A stretch of 64,000 nt of DNA from a virus (lineage: Duplodnaviria > Caudoviricetes). The translations under genes were made by a program, and so were the position numbers. The notes under the pieces are model-generated. The model did no database searches. It saw only the letters and a list, made by a program, of their open reading frames with translations, and was not told where the DNA came from. Shown in pieces: positions 32,427-42,478 of the stretch; position 1 is the stretch's first letter; the number at the start of each line of letters is the position of its first letter. The stretch lies in the IMG/VR virus record IMGVR_UViG_3300025892_000008; one strand, given 5' to 3'.

Positions 32427-33292
32427 TGAGCAAGGGTGTAATAATATTTGCTCACAATAATCGGCAGATTGATTATATCCGCATGAGCATACTTGCGGCA
32501 AAATTAGCAAATAAGAATTTGCAAGTTCCTGTATCACTAGTTACTGATCCATCTACAATTGATTGGATGAAAGAGTCTAATATTGAAAAAACAGTAACTG
32601 AAACATTCGATAATATTATTATAACAGAAAGACCAGACGATACAAATAATGTAAAAAATTACAATGATGGAAAATATAAAGTGCATGCGCCTTTCAATAA
32701 CGGTAATAGAGGTAGTGTTTGGGATCTTACACCTTACGATAGAACGTTGATGATAGATAGTGACTACCTTACTTTGACAGATACATTATCTAACTATTGG
32801 GATATAGACGAAGATTTATTAATAAGTCCTAAGTATAATGATATACAAGGTGTCGAAAGAATAGGATATCTTGATACACATATCTCAGAAACAAGTATAG
32901 ATATGTTATGGGCAACAACTGTAATGTTTACAAAAAATGAAACTACTAAAATATTTTTTGACTTAGTTGCACATGTAAAAGAAAAATATAAAATGTACAG
33001 CGATATCTATAGATTTAATCCAATTGTTTTTAGAAACGATATTGCATTTAGTATTGCAAAACACATAATGAATGGCTATCAAAAGATAGACGAACCTAAC
33101 TTACCTGATATTTTTTCAACAGCAGACAAAGATATTTTAGTTGATGTTTCCAACGAAAGATTAAAATTTTTAATTGCACAAATTAACAGTGACAATTATG
33201 TCGCTACTAGTGTGTGCAATAAAGATGTGCATGTAATGAATAAGTTTAGCATTATGAGAAACTATGATAACCTTATGGAGTTGGCACAATGA
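32426..33292 (+). CDS. Glycosyltransferase-like protein (GT-A, GT8-like)
   Basis: TPYDRTLMIDSDY DxD motif, WATTVMF and FRNDIAFSIA segments. Confidence 0.6.
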   Translation: MSKGVIIFAHNNRQIDYIRMSILAAKLANKNLQVPVSLVTDPSTIDWMKESNIEKTVTETFDNIIITERPDDTNNVKNYNDGKYKVHAPFNNGNRGSVWDLTPYDRTLMIDSDYLTLTDTLSNYWDIDEDLLISPKYNDIQGVERIGYLDTHISETSIDMLWATTVMFTKNETTKIFFDLVAHVKEKYKMYSDIYRFNPIVFRNDIAFSIAKHIMNGYQKIDEPNLPDIFSTADKDILVDVSNERLKFLIAQINSDNYVATSVCNKDVHVMNKFSIMRNYDNLMELAQ

Positions 33293-34134
33293 CGTTTGGA
33301 TATTTAATTATTGTTAATGATACTGATACATCTAACTATACTAAATTAGCATACACCCTTGCATTAAGTATTAAGAACACACAGAAAGAAGGTTTTGATA
33401 AAGTAGCATTAGTTATAAATGATAAAACAAAAGTAGAAAGTTATACTTCAACTTGGGTATTTGATGAAATAATAGAATGGGATGGTGCTGTACACTGGGA
33501 CGGCAGATCTTATATGGACGAACTTACACCATGGGATGCTACTATTTGTTTAGATGCAGACATGTTGTTCTTAAGAGATTACAGTCATTGGGCAGAATAC
33601 TTTATTAAGAATAGTGAATTATATATTGCAAATAAAGCATATACATATAGAGGTGATATAGTTACTAATGATTATTATAGAAAATGCTTTACAGCAAATG
33701 AATTACCTAACTTATATTCTTTTTATACATTCTTTGTAAAAAACAGTTCAGTAGCAAAAGAGTTTTTTAATCTACAAAGACAAATTATTAAAAACCCTGA
33801 ACTTTATGCTAATAATTTTTTAGCAAAACACAAACCAACTATTGTAGGTACAGATGAAGCGTTTGCACTTGCATCAAAAATATTAGATATCACTGATGAG
33901 ATTGCGTATCCTTTAGAATTTCCTAGAGTAGTACACATGAAGGGAATGGTACAGAATTGGCCATACGGTGCAGATGATTGCTACGATCATATAGGATTTT
34001 ATTTAAACAAACAAGGAAAATTAAAACTTGGTAATTTTGAACAAACTGACATAGTTCATTATGTTAACAAGGAAACAGTCACGCTGGAAACAGTAAACAT
34101 ATTGGAGGAAATAGCATGGCAGAAAAACAAATAG
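33289..34134 (+). CDS. Glycosyltransferase-like protein (GT-A, GT8-like), paralog of the previous gene
   Basis: TPWDATICLDADMLF DxD motif, GTDEAFALA segment. Confidence 0.6.
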   Translation: MTFGYLIIVNDTDTSNYTKLAYTLALSIKNTQKEGFDKVALVINDKTKVESYTSTWVFDEIIEWDGAVHWDGRSYMDELTPWDATICLDADMLFLRDYSHWAEYFIKNSELYIANKAYTYRGDIVTNDYYRKCFTANELPNLYSFYTFFVKNSSVAKEFFNLQRQIIKNPELYANNFLAKHKPTIVGTDEAFALASKILDITDEIAYPLEFPRVVHMKGMVQNWPYGADDCYDHIGFYLNKQGKLKLGNFEQTDIVHYVNKETVTLETVNILEEIAWQKNK

Positions 34135-34760
34135 AAATTCCTGATTTCGACGAATGGATTGCAAACTACAAGCATAAGCCTGTGGCATATAATGCAGCAT
34201 TTGATGTTGAAACAGGCCGTGTGTTATCTGTAGGGCCAGATCATACTGTAAACGAAAAAGAGTTTGAAAATGTCATACCTCTTGAAGCAGATATTGCTGA
34301 AAAAATTATATCTAGCGAAATTAGTATGAGTAAATGTTTTATCGATCCTGACCAAGGCGAATTAGAAATTGTTGAAAGAAGAGATTTGTATAAAATAGAT
34401 GATGTACTACATAGAATTATTGTTAGAAAATATTCAGAGATTAAAAAACCAGACATCTATTTAGAACACAATGCTAAAACAAATATATTGTCTGTAGAAC
34501 TTAGTGAAGAATTTGGTGGAACATACAAACAACAAAAAGGAATTGATGTTGTAAAAAGAAAAATGTTCTGGAATGGCGAAACACAACTTGATTTTACAGT
34601 TACAGATTATAATGATCCTAATATTGTAACTGATAATTTTAGTGTAACAATTAATGATCTGATTGGTAACAAAGTTGAACTTAAAGAACTTAATATAAAC
34701 AGGTTCTTTAGCGTATATACAAGACGCTTATTTAAAAACTATATGATTGAGGAAAGATGA
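34116..34760 (+). CDS. Hypothetical protein
   Basis: Overlapping ORF in the operon; no recognisable motif. Confidence 0.7.
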   Translation: MAEKQIEIPDFDEWIANYKHKPVAYNAAFDVETGRVLSVGPDHTVNEKEFENVIPLEADIAEKIISSEISMSKCFIDPDQGELEIVERRDLYKIDDVLHRIIVRKYSEIKKPDIYLEHNAKTNILSVELSEEFGGTYKQQKGIDVVKRKMFWNGETQLDFTVTDYNDPNIVTDNFSVTINDLIGNKVELKELNINRFFSVYTRRLFKNYMIEER

Positions 34761-35665
34761 AACGGGTAATTGAGTTTGATGTATTCTTTTTGAGTTATGA
34801 TGAACCTAATGCAGATCTTCATTATGCAGATCTATGTAATAAAGTTCCATGGGCAAAACGTATACACGGTGTAAAAGGTAGCGATCATGCACACAAAGCA
34901 GCAGCAGAGCAATCAGAAACTGATTGGGTGTTAACTGTAGATGCTGACAATATTGTGTATCCACAATTTTTTGATATTGAAATAGATATGGACAATCCGG
35001 ATATACAAGCATACAGTTGGTGCGGTAGGAATAACGTAAATGGTTTAAGATATGGCAACGGTGGATTAAAACTGTGGAATGTTGATCATGTTAAAAATAT
35101 GAAAACTCACGAGAACGCTGATAGTGACAGAGCTCAGGTAGATTTCTGTTGGGAAACAGGATACAGAAACTTTCCAAAGACTTTCAGCGATACTGTAATT
35201 AATTATAATCCGTTTATGGCATGGCGTGCAGGATTTAGAGAAGGTGTTAAGATGACACTAGACAACGGATTAAAAGTTCCACCACAAGAAATTGAAAAGC
35301 GTATATGGTGGCACAACATACATAGACTAGGAATATGGAGTACAATTGGTAGTCATGTTGAAAATGGACTATTTGCAGTTTATGGTGCAAGACTAGGAAC
35401 ATATCTTACAAATTGTACAGATTGGGACCATATACAAGTAAGAGATTTTGAATCACTACGTGAATTATACAATGAGCAATGTAAACAATATGAAGATGGT
35501 GTTGGATTAGAACAAGAAGTAAAACGTTTAGGAACCGAATTAAAAAACCAACTTGGTTTTAATTATCCATATCTAGATGAATCTATGAGCAAATATGTGT
35601 TAAACTTATATGAGCAAACTATTGATCTAGCAAAAACGTATTATAGGACTACAGATGATCTATGA
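34757..35665 (+). CDS. Glycosyltransferase-like protein (GT-A/GT2-like)
   Basis: FDVFFLSYDEPNAD, HGVKGSDHAHKAAA, VLTVDADN (DxD), LRYGNGGLKLW, AWRAGFREGVK. Confidence 0.6.
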   Translation: MKRVIEFDVFFLSYDEPNADLHYADLCNKVPWAKRIHGVKGSDHAHKAAAEQSETDWVLTVDADNIVYPQFFDIEIDMDNPDIQAYSWCGRNNVNGLRYGNGGLKLWNVDHVKNMKTHENADSDRAQVDFCWETGYRNFPKTFSDTVINYNPFMAWRAGFREGVKMTLDNGLKVPPQEIEKRIWWHNIHRLGIWSTIGSHVENGLFAVYGARLGTYLTNCTDWDHIQVRDFESLRELYNEQCKQYEDGVGLEQEVKRLGTELKNQLGFNYPYLDESMSKYVLNLYEQTIDLAKTYYRTTDDL

Positions 35666-36695
35666 TTTATTTTATGTCAGTCAAGGCAAAGCAGAACACT
35701 GGCAAGAGTTTAAGTCTAGATTCTCTAATGCCCAACTGATTGAAGATGTTGAATCTCTAGATCAAATAAAGCAAAAGACATTAACTAGAATGTTTTGGGT
35801 AGTGTGGGATGATATGAAAGTAAAAGATGATTTTGACTTTGAATATCGTGCTACTGAGTGGGACCTAGAATACGTTCATGTATTCAAGAATGGTAATCAC
35901 TTCAATGGTGTTACCCTTATGCCTAAGAATGCTCCAGCATCTAACAAAGAATTCAAGTTCCGATTCTTTATCAACAAAAAAGAAATAGATATAGTAGCCA
36001 GCGATCCTAGGAGTATAGGAAGTAGTTTTGATATTGTGTTTATTTCTTACTATGAACCTTATGCAGATAAAAATTGGCAGCGGTTAAAAAGTAGATTCCC
36101 AAGAGCAAAAAGAATTTCAAACGTAAAAGGAATTCATCAAGCACATTTAGAAGCAGCAAAAATTGTTGAAAGTGATATGTTCTGGGTAGTAGATGGCGAT
36201 GCACATATAGTTGAAGAATTTAATTTTGATTACCAAGACCCGGAAATGTATACTGTGCATGTATGGCGTAGTATCAATCCAGTAAATGACTTAGAGTACG
36301 GATACGGTGGCGTTAAATTATTACCAACGCAGATGACTTTAGATATGGATATGTCTAAACCAGATATGACTACTAGTATTAGCAATAAATTTAAAGCCGT
36401 TAATGAACTTTCTAACATAACAGCATTTAATACAAATGAGTTTGAAGCATGGAAAGGTGCATTTAGAGAATGCTGTAAGTTAGCAAGTAAAACTATACGA
36501 GGACAAAACGAAGATGAAACTAATGAAAGGTTGGCTAAATGGTGTTCAGCCTATGGCAGAGATCGTCCGTTTGGTGATTACGCCATTCAGGGAGCCCGTG
36601 CTGGCAGGAAATATGGTGTGGCTAACAGTACTAATCCTGATGCTCTTAGATTAATAAATGACTTTGATTGGTTAAAGGAGCAGTTTGATGCATGA
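35655..36695 (+). CDS. Glycosyltransferase-like protein of the same family, with a duplicated N-terminal module
   Basis: FDIVFISYYEP, NVKGIHQAHLEAA, FWVVDGDA, LEYGYGGVKLLP, AWKGAFRECCK. Confidence 0.6.
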   Translation: MIYDLFYVSQGKAEHWQEFKSRFSNAQLIEDVESLDQIKQKTLTRMFWVVWDDMKVKDDFDFEYRATEWDLEYVHVFKNGNHFNGVTLMPKNAPASNKEFKFRFFINKKEIDIVASDPRSIGSSFDIVFISYYEPYADKNWQRLKSRFPRAKRISNVKGIHQAHLEAAKIVESDMFWVVDGDAHIVEEFNFDYQDPEMYTVHVWRSINPVNDLEYGYGGVKLLPTQMTLDMDMSKPDMTTSISNKFKAVNELSNITAFNTNEFEAWKGAFRECCKLASKTIRGQNEDETNERLAKWCSAYGRDRPFGDYAIQGARAGRKYGVANSTNPDALRLINDFDWLKEQFDA

Positions 36696-38052
36696 CAAAG
36701 ATAGGATAGAAAAATTTATACCTATCATGGACGAGATATCGCCTACCTTCTGCTTGGCTAAATGGCATCACACTACTATCTATTTAGGAACAGGAGAAAC
36801 ACATAGTTGTTATCATCCTGCTCCACATAAAATTCCGCTGGAAGGACTAGAAGAAAATCCTAGTCTATTGCATAATACCCCTCAAAAGAAAGCCGAAAGG
36901 CAGGCTATGATAAACGGAGAGAAACCTAGCGGTTGTAACTATTGTTGGAATGTTGAATGTATGGGTAAAGATTACATTAGTGATCGTAAAGAACGGAATG
37001 CAAGTATACATACACCAAAACGTTTTAATGATATTAAACAAAATCCAATGGCAGATGTTAATCCACAATATGTGGAAGTTAGTTTCGGTAATGAATGTAA
37101 TTTTAAATGCGGATATTGTCATCCTAAACATTCTAGCAGTTACTATAAAGAAATTGAAAAAGAAGGTCCATACACTATGGTTAAGAATCATAGGAATGAT
37201 ATTGACTGGTTTAAAATACACAAAGACGAAGAAACAAATCCATATGTTAAAGCATGGTGGAAGTGGTGGCCTGAATTGCGTAAGACACTTACAATTTTAC
37301 GTATTACAGGTGGTGAACCGTTACTACAGCAAAGCACATGGCGTATGTTCGACGAACTAGAAAAGAATCCATGCCCTGAATTAGAATTAAACATTAACAC
37401 TAACTTAGGTGTTAAGCCTATCCTTATTGAAAGATTTACTGACAAAGTAAACAGTTTAGTTGAAAAAGGCTGTATCAAAGACTTTAAAATTTTTACTAGT
37501 ATTGATACATGGGGACCACAAGCAGAGTATATCAGAACAGGCTTAGATTTAGAGCTGTGGGAAAAGAACTTAGACATGTACATGACTAGAACTAATATGC
37601 CTTTAACATTTATGGTTACATTTAATATTTTAACTGTAACTAACTTTAGTAAACTATTGCAAAAGTTTTTAGACTGGCGAATAAAGTATAATAGTGATAA
37701 TCAAACTAAATGGCAGCGTATTAGATTTGATACTCCGTATCTGAAAGAACCGTTGCAATATGATATGAATATACTTCCTAAAGATGCATTTGTTCCTTAT
37801 ATGAAACAGCACTTACAATTTATAGCAGAAAATTTAGATGATGCAGACAAACACAAATTTAGTATACTTGAATATGAGAAGTTTAGACGTGTAGTTGATT
37901 ACATGGCTTCTACAAATTATACTCCAGAGCGTGTACAAGAAGGTCGAAGAGATTTTCACAATTGGTTTACTGAATATGATCGAAGAAGAAATGTAAGTTT
38001 TGTAGAAACGTTTCCCGAACTAGAGGAATTTTATTTTGACTGTGCCCAGTAA
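36685..38052 (+). CDS. Radical SAM protein with N-terminal Cys-rich (twitch/SPASM-like) region
   Basis: CNFKCGYC (CxxxCxxC), ITGGEPLL, N-terminal FCLAKW...SCYH...GCNYCW. Confidence 0.85.
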   Translation: MMHDKDRIEKFIPIMDEISPTFCLAKWHHTTIYLGTGETHSCYHPAPHKIPLEGLEENPSLLHNTPQKKAERQAMINGEKPSGCNYCWNVECMGKDYISDRKERNASIHTPKRFNDIKQNPMADVNPQYVEVSFGNECNFKCGYCHPKHSSSYYKEIEKEGPYTMVKNHRNDIDWFKIHKDEETNPYVKAWWKWWPELRKTLTILRITGGEPLLQQSTWRMFDELEKNPCPELELNINTNLGVKPILIERFTDKVNSLVEKGCIKDFKIFTSIDTWGPQAEYIRTGLDLELWEKNLDMYMTRTNMPLTFMVTFNILTVTNFSKLLQKFLDWRIKYNSDNQTKWQRIRFDTPYLKEPLQYDMNILPKDAFVPYMKQHLQFIAENLDDADKHKFSILEYEKFRRVVDYMASTNYTPERVQEGRRDFHNWFTEYDRRRNVSFVETFPELEEFYFDCAQ

Positions 38053-39223
38053 AACATTTTGCATATTGCCTTGGATACATCTGTATGCCAATCCTGACGG
38101 CACTGTTCTACCTTGTTGTGTAGGAGACTGGCAGCAATCTATGGGTAATGTTCAGAACACAAAATTAGAAGATGTCTTTAATAATGAAAAGTTTAAGCAG
38201 ATGCGTAAGAACATGTTGGCTGGAAAAAAATGTAGCCAATGTACTGCATGTTACCGCGATGAAGATTCAGGTAACAGTAGTTTTCGTAAGCACAGCAACG
38301 AGCAGTTTGAAAAATATATTGATGATGCAGTTTTAAACACTAATGATGATGGCAGTATGGACGATTTTAGGTTGCGATATTTAGATGTTAGATGGAGTAA
38401 TATTTGCAATTTTAAATGTAGATCTTGCGGTCCTTTGTATTCAAGTAGTTGGGCGCAAGAACACGGTAGCGAAAAAATCTTTACCTATGCAGGCGGAGTT
38501 AGCAATGATGAACTATACAAACAGTTTGAACCTCACTTTGACACTATAGAAGAATTTTACTTTGCAGGCGGCGAGCCATTACTTACAGATAAGCATTACG
38601 AAATATTAGAATATCTAATTGATCACGATCGAACAGATGTAAAGTTAAGATACAACACAAACATGAGTGTGTTAAAATATAAAGGAAAGAGTGTTTTAGA
38701 CTTATGGAAAAAATTTAGTAACGTTATGATTGGAGCGAGCCTAGATCATTATGGATCTAAGGCTGAATATATACGGCACGGGACAGATTGGCCTTTAGTT
38801 GAAAGTAATTTAAAATTAATTCGGAAGGAAACTCCACATGTAGAATTGCATACAAACACGGTAGTATCTATTTTTAATATAAAGACTTTACCTAAGTTTA
38901 TTCAGTATATTATTGATAATGATTTAGTCAGTACAAAAAATTATAACCCTAATTTTTATAATATAATGAATCCAGACTATTATAGTTTTAAAATAATCCC
39001 AGAAGAGGACAAGGTAGATATCATAAAATCCTTGGAAGAGTTTGCTACACAGCACGGTGGAAACATCAAATATGGAATGCAGGGTGTTATAAATGGATTA
39101 CGAACATCGATGTATTCTCCCAAACTTAAAACAAAGTTATCGGTAGAAACAAAACATTACGATCATCTGCGCAAAGAAAGCGTAGAAGAAACTTTTCCTG
39201 AAATACAAGGATGGATTCAATGA
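38036..39223 (+). CDS. Radical SAM protein with N-terminal twitch/SPASM-like region
   Basis: CNFKCRSC, FAGGEPLL, N-terminal FCILPW...PCC...CSQCTAC. TTG start with a GAGG SD. Confidence 0.85.
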   Translation: MTVPSKTFCILPWIHLYANPDGTVLPCCVGDWQQSMGNVQNTKLEDVFNNEKFKQMRKNMLAGKKCSQCTACYRDEDSGNSSFRKHSNEQFEKYIDDAVLNTNDDGSMDDFRLRYLDVRWSNICNFKCRSCGPLYSSSWAQEHGSEKIFTYAGGVSNDELYKQFEPHFDTIEEFYFAGGEPLLTDKHYEILEYLIDHDRTDVKLRYNTNMSVLKYKGKSVLDLWKKFSNVMIGASLDHYGSKAEYIRHGTDWPLVESNLKLIRKETPHVELHTNTVVSIFNIKTLPKFIQYIIDNDLVSTKNYNPNFYNIMNPDYYSFKIIPEEDKVDIIKSLEEFATQHGGNIKYGMQGVINGLRTSMYSPKLKTKLSVETKHYDHLRKESVEETFPEIQGWIQ

Positions 39224-40446
39224 AGATATACTTCGATACACTATTAAGTAATGAATCTAATCAAAACAAATTAGCAACTAAAGGTAACACAGACTATTGG
39301 CTTGTTGCACCGGGTGCGCCTATTAAACAAAAGTGTATTAACATGAAACTAAATGTTTCGGAGTTAACAGATGTTAACGAAAAAGGAATATATTTTGTAG
39401 ATGTTAGAGGAGATCCCCAGTGGTGGGCAGGAGTTTTAACTAATGCCGGAGTCCCTCATAAGCACATTTTGTCTTGTATACCAAAACAAATTAGAAAATT
39501 AGTTAAAGATAAAAAAATTAGACTTGTGATAAATGCTGACAGAGAAGGTGGCCCGATGGTTACACAACATTGGGATTGTTTCTTATCTACACATAACACT
39601 ATGATTGAACTTGGATTACCTAAGGACAGCGTTCTAATACTACAGGGTAATAAAAAGGTTGAACATCAATATCGAAGATGGAGAAAATACAAAAGTGTTG
39701 ACAAGATGTATGATATAATGTATAGTAATCACTTTGGAAACATATTTGGAGATGCGAATTTGCCTACTAGTCCTGTCATAAAGTATGCAATGGCTAATCC
39801 TAGTAGTAAAGATTACAATAGTTTAAATAGAATATACCGTCCACATCGCGGCGCACACTTATATAGATTAATGAAAGACGGCTTTCTAAGTAACGGAATA
39901 GTAAGCGGCAATGAAATAACACTCAAAGATAAAGATACAGAAAATTTAGTCGGTGACTATCAAGATATAACAAAAGAGTTTCCTAAGTTTATAGACGGAG
40001 ACTGGAGCAAAACGAATGCTGCTAATCAGTATAACGCTGACATATATAAAAATAGTCTGCTTACAGTAATAACAGAAACTATATTCCTGCATGACGTTGC
40101 TTTTATTACTGAAAAAATATTTAAACCTATTACAATGGGGCATCCGCTTATACTATTTGCTAGCCAAGGAACTCTTAAAAGTCTTGAACGAATGGGATTT
40201 AGAACAGATTGGTGTGGAATAGATCCTGAATACAATGACATAGAGGATAATATAGAACGCTTCAATGCCACACAACAAGTATTATATGATTGGATTACAC
40301 TCTCACAGGAAGAAAAGATAGCAAGATTAGAAAAGAGCATGGACACAATACAGCATAATTTTAATTTAATTAGACACAGTGACTTTTATGCTGATGCAAT
40401 ACACGAAGCAGTTGCTAGAACGGAGAAGTATTATGAAACCGTTTAA
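39211..40446 (+). CDS. Glycosyltransferase-like protein (GT10/fucosyltransferase-like C-terminus)
   Basis: SLNRIYRPHRG and VITETIF...ITEKIFKPI..GHP motifs; paralogous to 41170..42324. Start may be 39220. Confidence 0.5.
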   Translation: MDSMKIYFDTLLSNESNQNKLATKGNTDYWLVAPGAPIKQKCINMKLNVSELTDVNEKGIYFVDVRGDPQWWAGVLTNAGVPHKHILSCIPKQIRKLVKDKKIRLVINADREGGPMVTQHWDCFLSTHNTMIELGLPKDSVLILQGNKKVEHQYRRWRKYKSVDKMYDIMYSNHFGNIFGDANLPTSPVIKYAMANPSSKDYNSLNRIYRPHRGAHLYRLMKDGFLSNGIVSGNEITLKDKDTENLVGDYQDITKEFPKFIDGDWSKTNAANQYNADIYKNSLLTVITETIFLHDVAFITEKIFKPITMGHPLILFASQGTLKSLERMGFRTDWCGIDPEYNDIEDNIERFNATQQVLYDWITLSQEEKIARLEKSMDTIQHNFNLIRHSDFYADAIHEAVARTEKYYETV

Positions 40447-41170
40447 TCAATACAAGAGATTTTTTGCATTCGGTTGCAGTCTAACAAGTTATAATTGGCC
40501 TACGTGGGCTGATATTATATCCAAAGAAGTTCCTGAATATTACAATTATGCAAAAAGCGGTGGCGGCAATTTATTCATATCTAATAGCATAGTAGAGGCT
40601 AACCTAACACACAAATTTACAGAAAATGATCTAGTAATAGTAATGTGGAGCAGCATTTCAAGAGAAGATAGATATAAAGATAATAATTGGCAAACACCAG
40701 GAAACATACACACTCAAGATGTTATAGATGTAGAGTTTGTAAATAAATGGAGCAATGAAAGATTTTATCTAATTAGAGATTTAGCATTAGTAGAACAAGC
40801 AAGAGTTTATCTAAATCATCTTCCTTGTGACACAGATATGCTTAAGATGGTAGATTTTGTAAAAGGTAATGAATTACAAGATGTTGTTGATACGTATACA
40901 AATACAATACAAAGTATAAAGCCTGCTATAGTTGATGTCGTTTACAAAGGCACATGGCCTATTACTCCTATTAAAGGATGGAGTGGTAAAGGTCAAAGTG
41001 CAGACTATCATCCAACACCTTTAGGATATTTAAAGTATCTTGAACATTTTTATACAGTTACTGATAATATGAAACAGTTTGCAAAAGAGTATGATGCAAA
41101 AGTTTTAAATTGTAGCACACTAGATGATACATTAAAATTTTGGTCCCCTTCGTATGTAAGGAGATTATAA
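40433..41170 (+). CDS. SGNH/GDSL-like protein (possible acyl transfer or hydrolysis)
   Basis: FAFGCSLT (block I-like), NYAKSGGGN, VIVMWS, C-terminal DYHPT (DxHP). Start placed at the ATG after GGAG. Confidence 0.6.
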   Translation: MKPFNQYKRFFAFGCSLTSYNWPTWADIISKEVPEYYNYAKSGGGNLFISNSIVEANLTHKFTENDLVIVMWSSISREDRYKDNNWQTPGNIHTQDVIDVEFVNKWSNERFYLIRDLALVEQARVYLNHLPCDTDMLKMVDFVKGNELQDVVDTYTNTIQSIKPAIVDVVYKGTWPITPIKGWSGKGQSADYHPTPLGYLKYLEHFYTVTDNMKQFAKEYDAKVLNCSTLDDTLKFWSPSYVRRL

Positions 41171-42324
41171 TGCCCTGCATAAACACAAACAATTTAATTT
41201 ATGTGTTAACCTATAATGCCAATAACCCACAGGTGCTTAACATTTCAAATAGTACAGGGGTTATAGCAAAGTGGAAAATACCTCAAGAGTTTTTCTACAT
41301 ACAATTTTCTAATGACAAAAGTTTTAAGGTATTTGATATTAACGCACTAGTACCGGAAAAAGAATTCAAAGAAATTAAGGATCCTGACTCTAACATACAT
41401 CTGATGCTAGATAATGGACTAGAACATTTTTATTCTTGTGCTGATAGTATTTACGAAGATATTATTATTAAGCATTCAATTCCTGCACACAAGATTATAT
41501 TCCTTAGTGCAATACCAACTATGCATGACCATATTAAAAAATTATCAGCAAAATATAATTTGCCTGAGATAAAACTAGACTGGTTTAGTCTTTTTGAATC
41601 TACTGGAAAGGATACGATACTCAAGTCTAAGAATGTTCTAACCTTACAGAAAAAACAAAAGTATGAAAGAGCATATCTCAATCTAAACAGGAGATGGAGA
41701 TCACACCGAACTTTAATGTTTACTCTATTAAAGGATAGAAATCTTTTGGATCGAGGATATGTAAGTTTTGCTCCATCTGATGATGGGTGGAATTGGAATG
41801 CGGCTTACAATAGGTTGATAGCTCTATATAGAGACCATGATCGAATAAAACCGATACTGGAAAGAAACAAGGATGTTGTTGATACTCCGCCTTTATATTT
41901 GGATACGGAGGATTTAGTAACAAATAGGGCAGAGCATGAGACATCAATAAATGATTACTATGCAAGAACATATTTTAGTGTAATAAATGAAACTACATAT
42001 CACGAAGGAGTTCCTTTCTTTAGCGAAAAAATTTTTAAGGCTATTGGAATAGGTCACCCATTTGTAATAGCAACTGCACCAAATAGTTTAAAATATTTGA
42101 GGGAACTAGGTTACAAAACCTTTCATCCTTTCATCAATGAATCATACGATACTATTGATGACCATGGAGATAGGATGATATCCATAGTTAATGAAATCGA
42201 GCGACTTTGCAAAATGGATAAGAATGAATTTAAAAGTTGGAGATCTAATATCGAACCTATTGTTAAACACAATAAGATGATTTTGGATAATAAGAAGATT
42301 ATTACAAAACCTATGAACTACTAG
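41170..42324 (+). CDS. Glycosyltransferase-like protein (GT10-like C-terminus), paralog of 39211..40446
   Basis: LNLNRRWRSHR, FSVINETT...FSEKIFKAI..GHPF...YLRELGYKTF. Confidence 0.5.
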   Translation: MPCINTNNLIYVLTYNANNPQVLNISNSTGVIAKWKIPQEFFYIQFSNDKSFKVFDINALVPEKEFKEIKDPDSNIHLMLDNGLEHFYSCADSIYEDIIIKHSIPAHKIIFLSAIPTMHDHIKKLSAKYNLPEIKLDWFSLFESTGKDTILKSKNVLTLQKKQKYERAYLNLNRRWRSHRTLMFTLLKDRNLLDRGYVSFAPSDDGWNWNAAYNRLIALYRDHDRIKPILERNKDVVDTPPLYLDTEDLVTNRAEHETSINDYYARTYFSVINETTYHEGVPFFSEKIFKAIGIGHPFVIATAPNSLKYLRELGYKTFHPFINESYDTIDDHGDRMISIVNEIERLCKMDKNEFKSWRSNIEPIVKHNKMILDNKKIITKPMNY

Positions 42325-42325
42325 C

Positions 42326-42431
42326 ACAGTTTTAAGGCGCCTTAAACGCATTTTAAGCGTCATACAGCGGTGTTATATACCAAGAGCTACAGTTACGCTA
42401 TACTGCTGTAAACCACGTTTAAATGCACTGT
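42326..42431 (+). ncRNA. Candidate structured RNA or structured intergenic element (three-way junction)
   Basis: Pairings read by eye: 42326-30/42427-31, palindrome 42331-46, 42348-60/42415-26, 42363-73/42400-10, including three G-U pairs. Strand inferred from the G-U pairs. Confidence 0.45.
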
Positions 42432-42444
42432 AATAAGAAGATTG

Positions 42445-42450
42445 TAAATA
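42445..42450 (+). promoter_or_regulatory. T4-late-like promoter core TAAATA
   Basis: Intergenic, upstream of the GGGAG SD and GTG at 42479. Confidence 0.5.
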
Positions 42451-42478
42451 TGTTTGTACCAAAATTGGGAGAAGAAAC

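Noticed and set aside
42326-42431. Treating the intergenic structure as a simple rho-independent terminator
   Set aside because: No U-tract follows the stems, and the fold is branched and much longer than a terminator.
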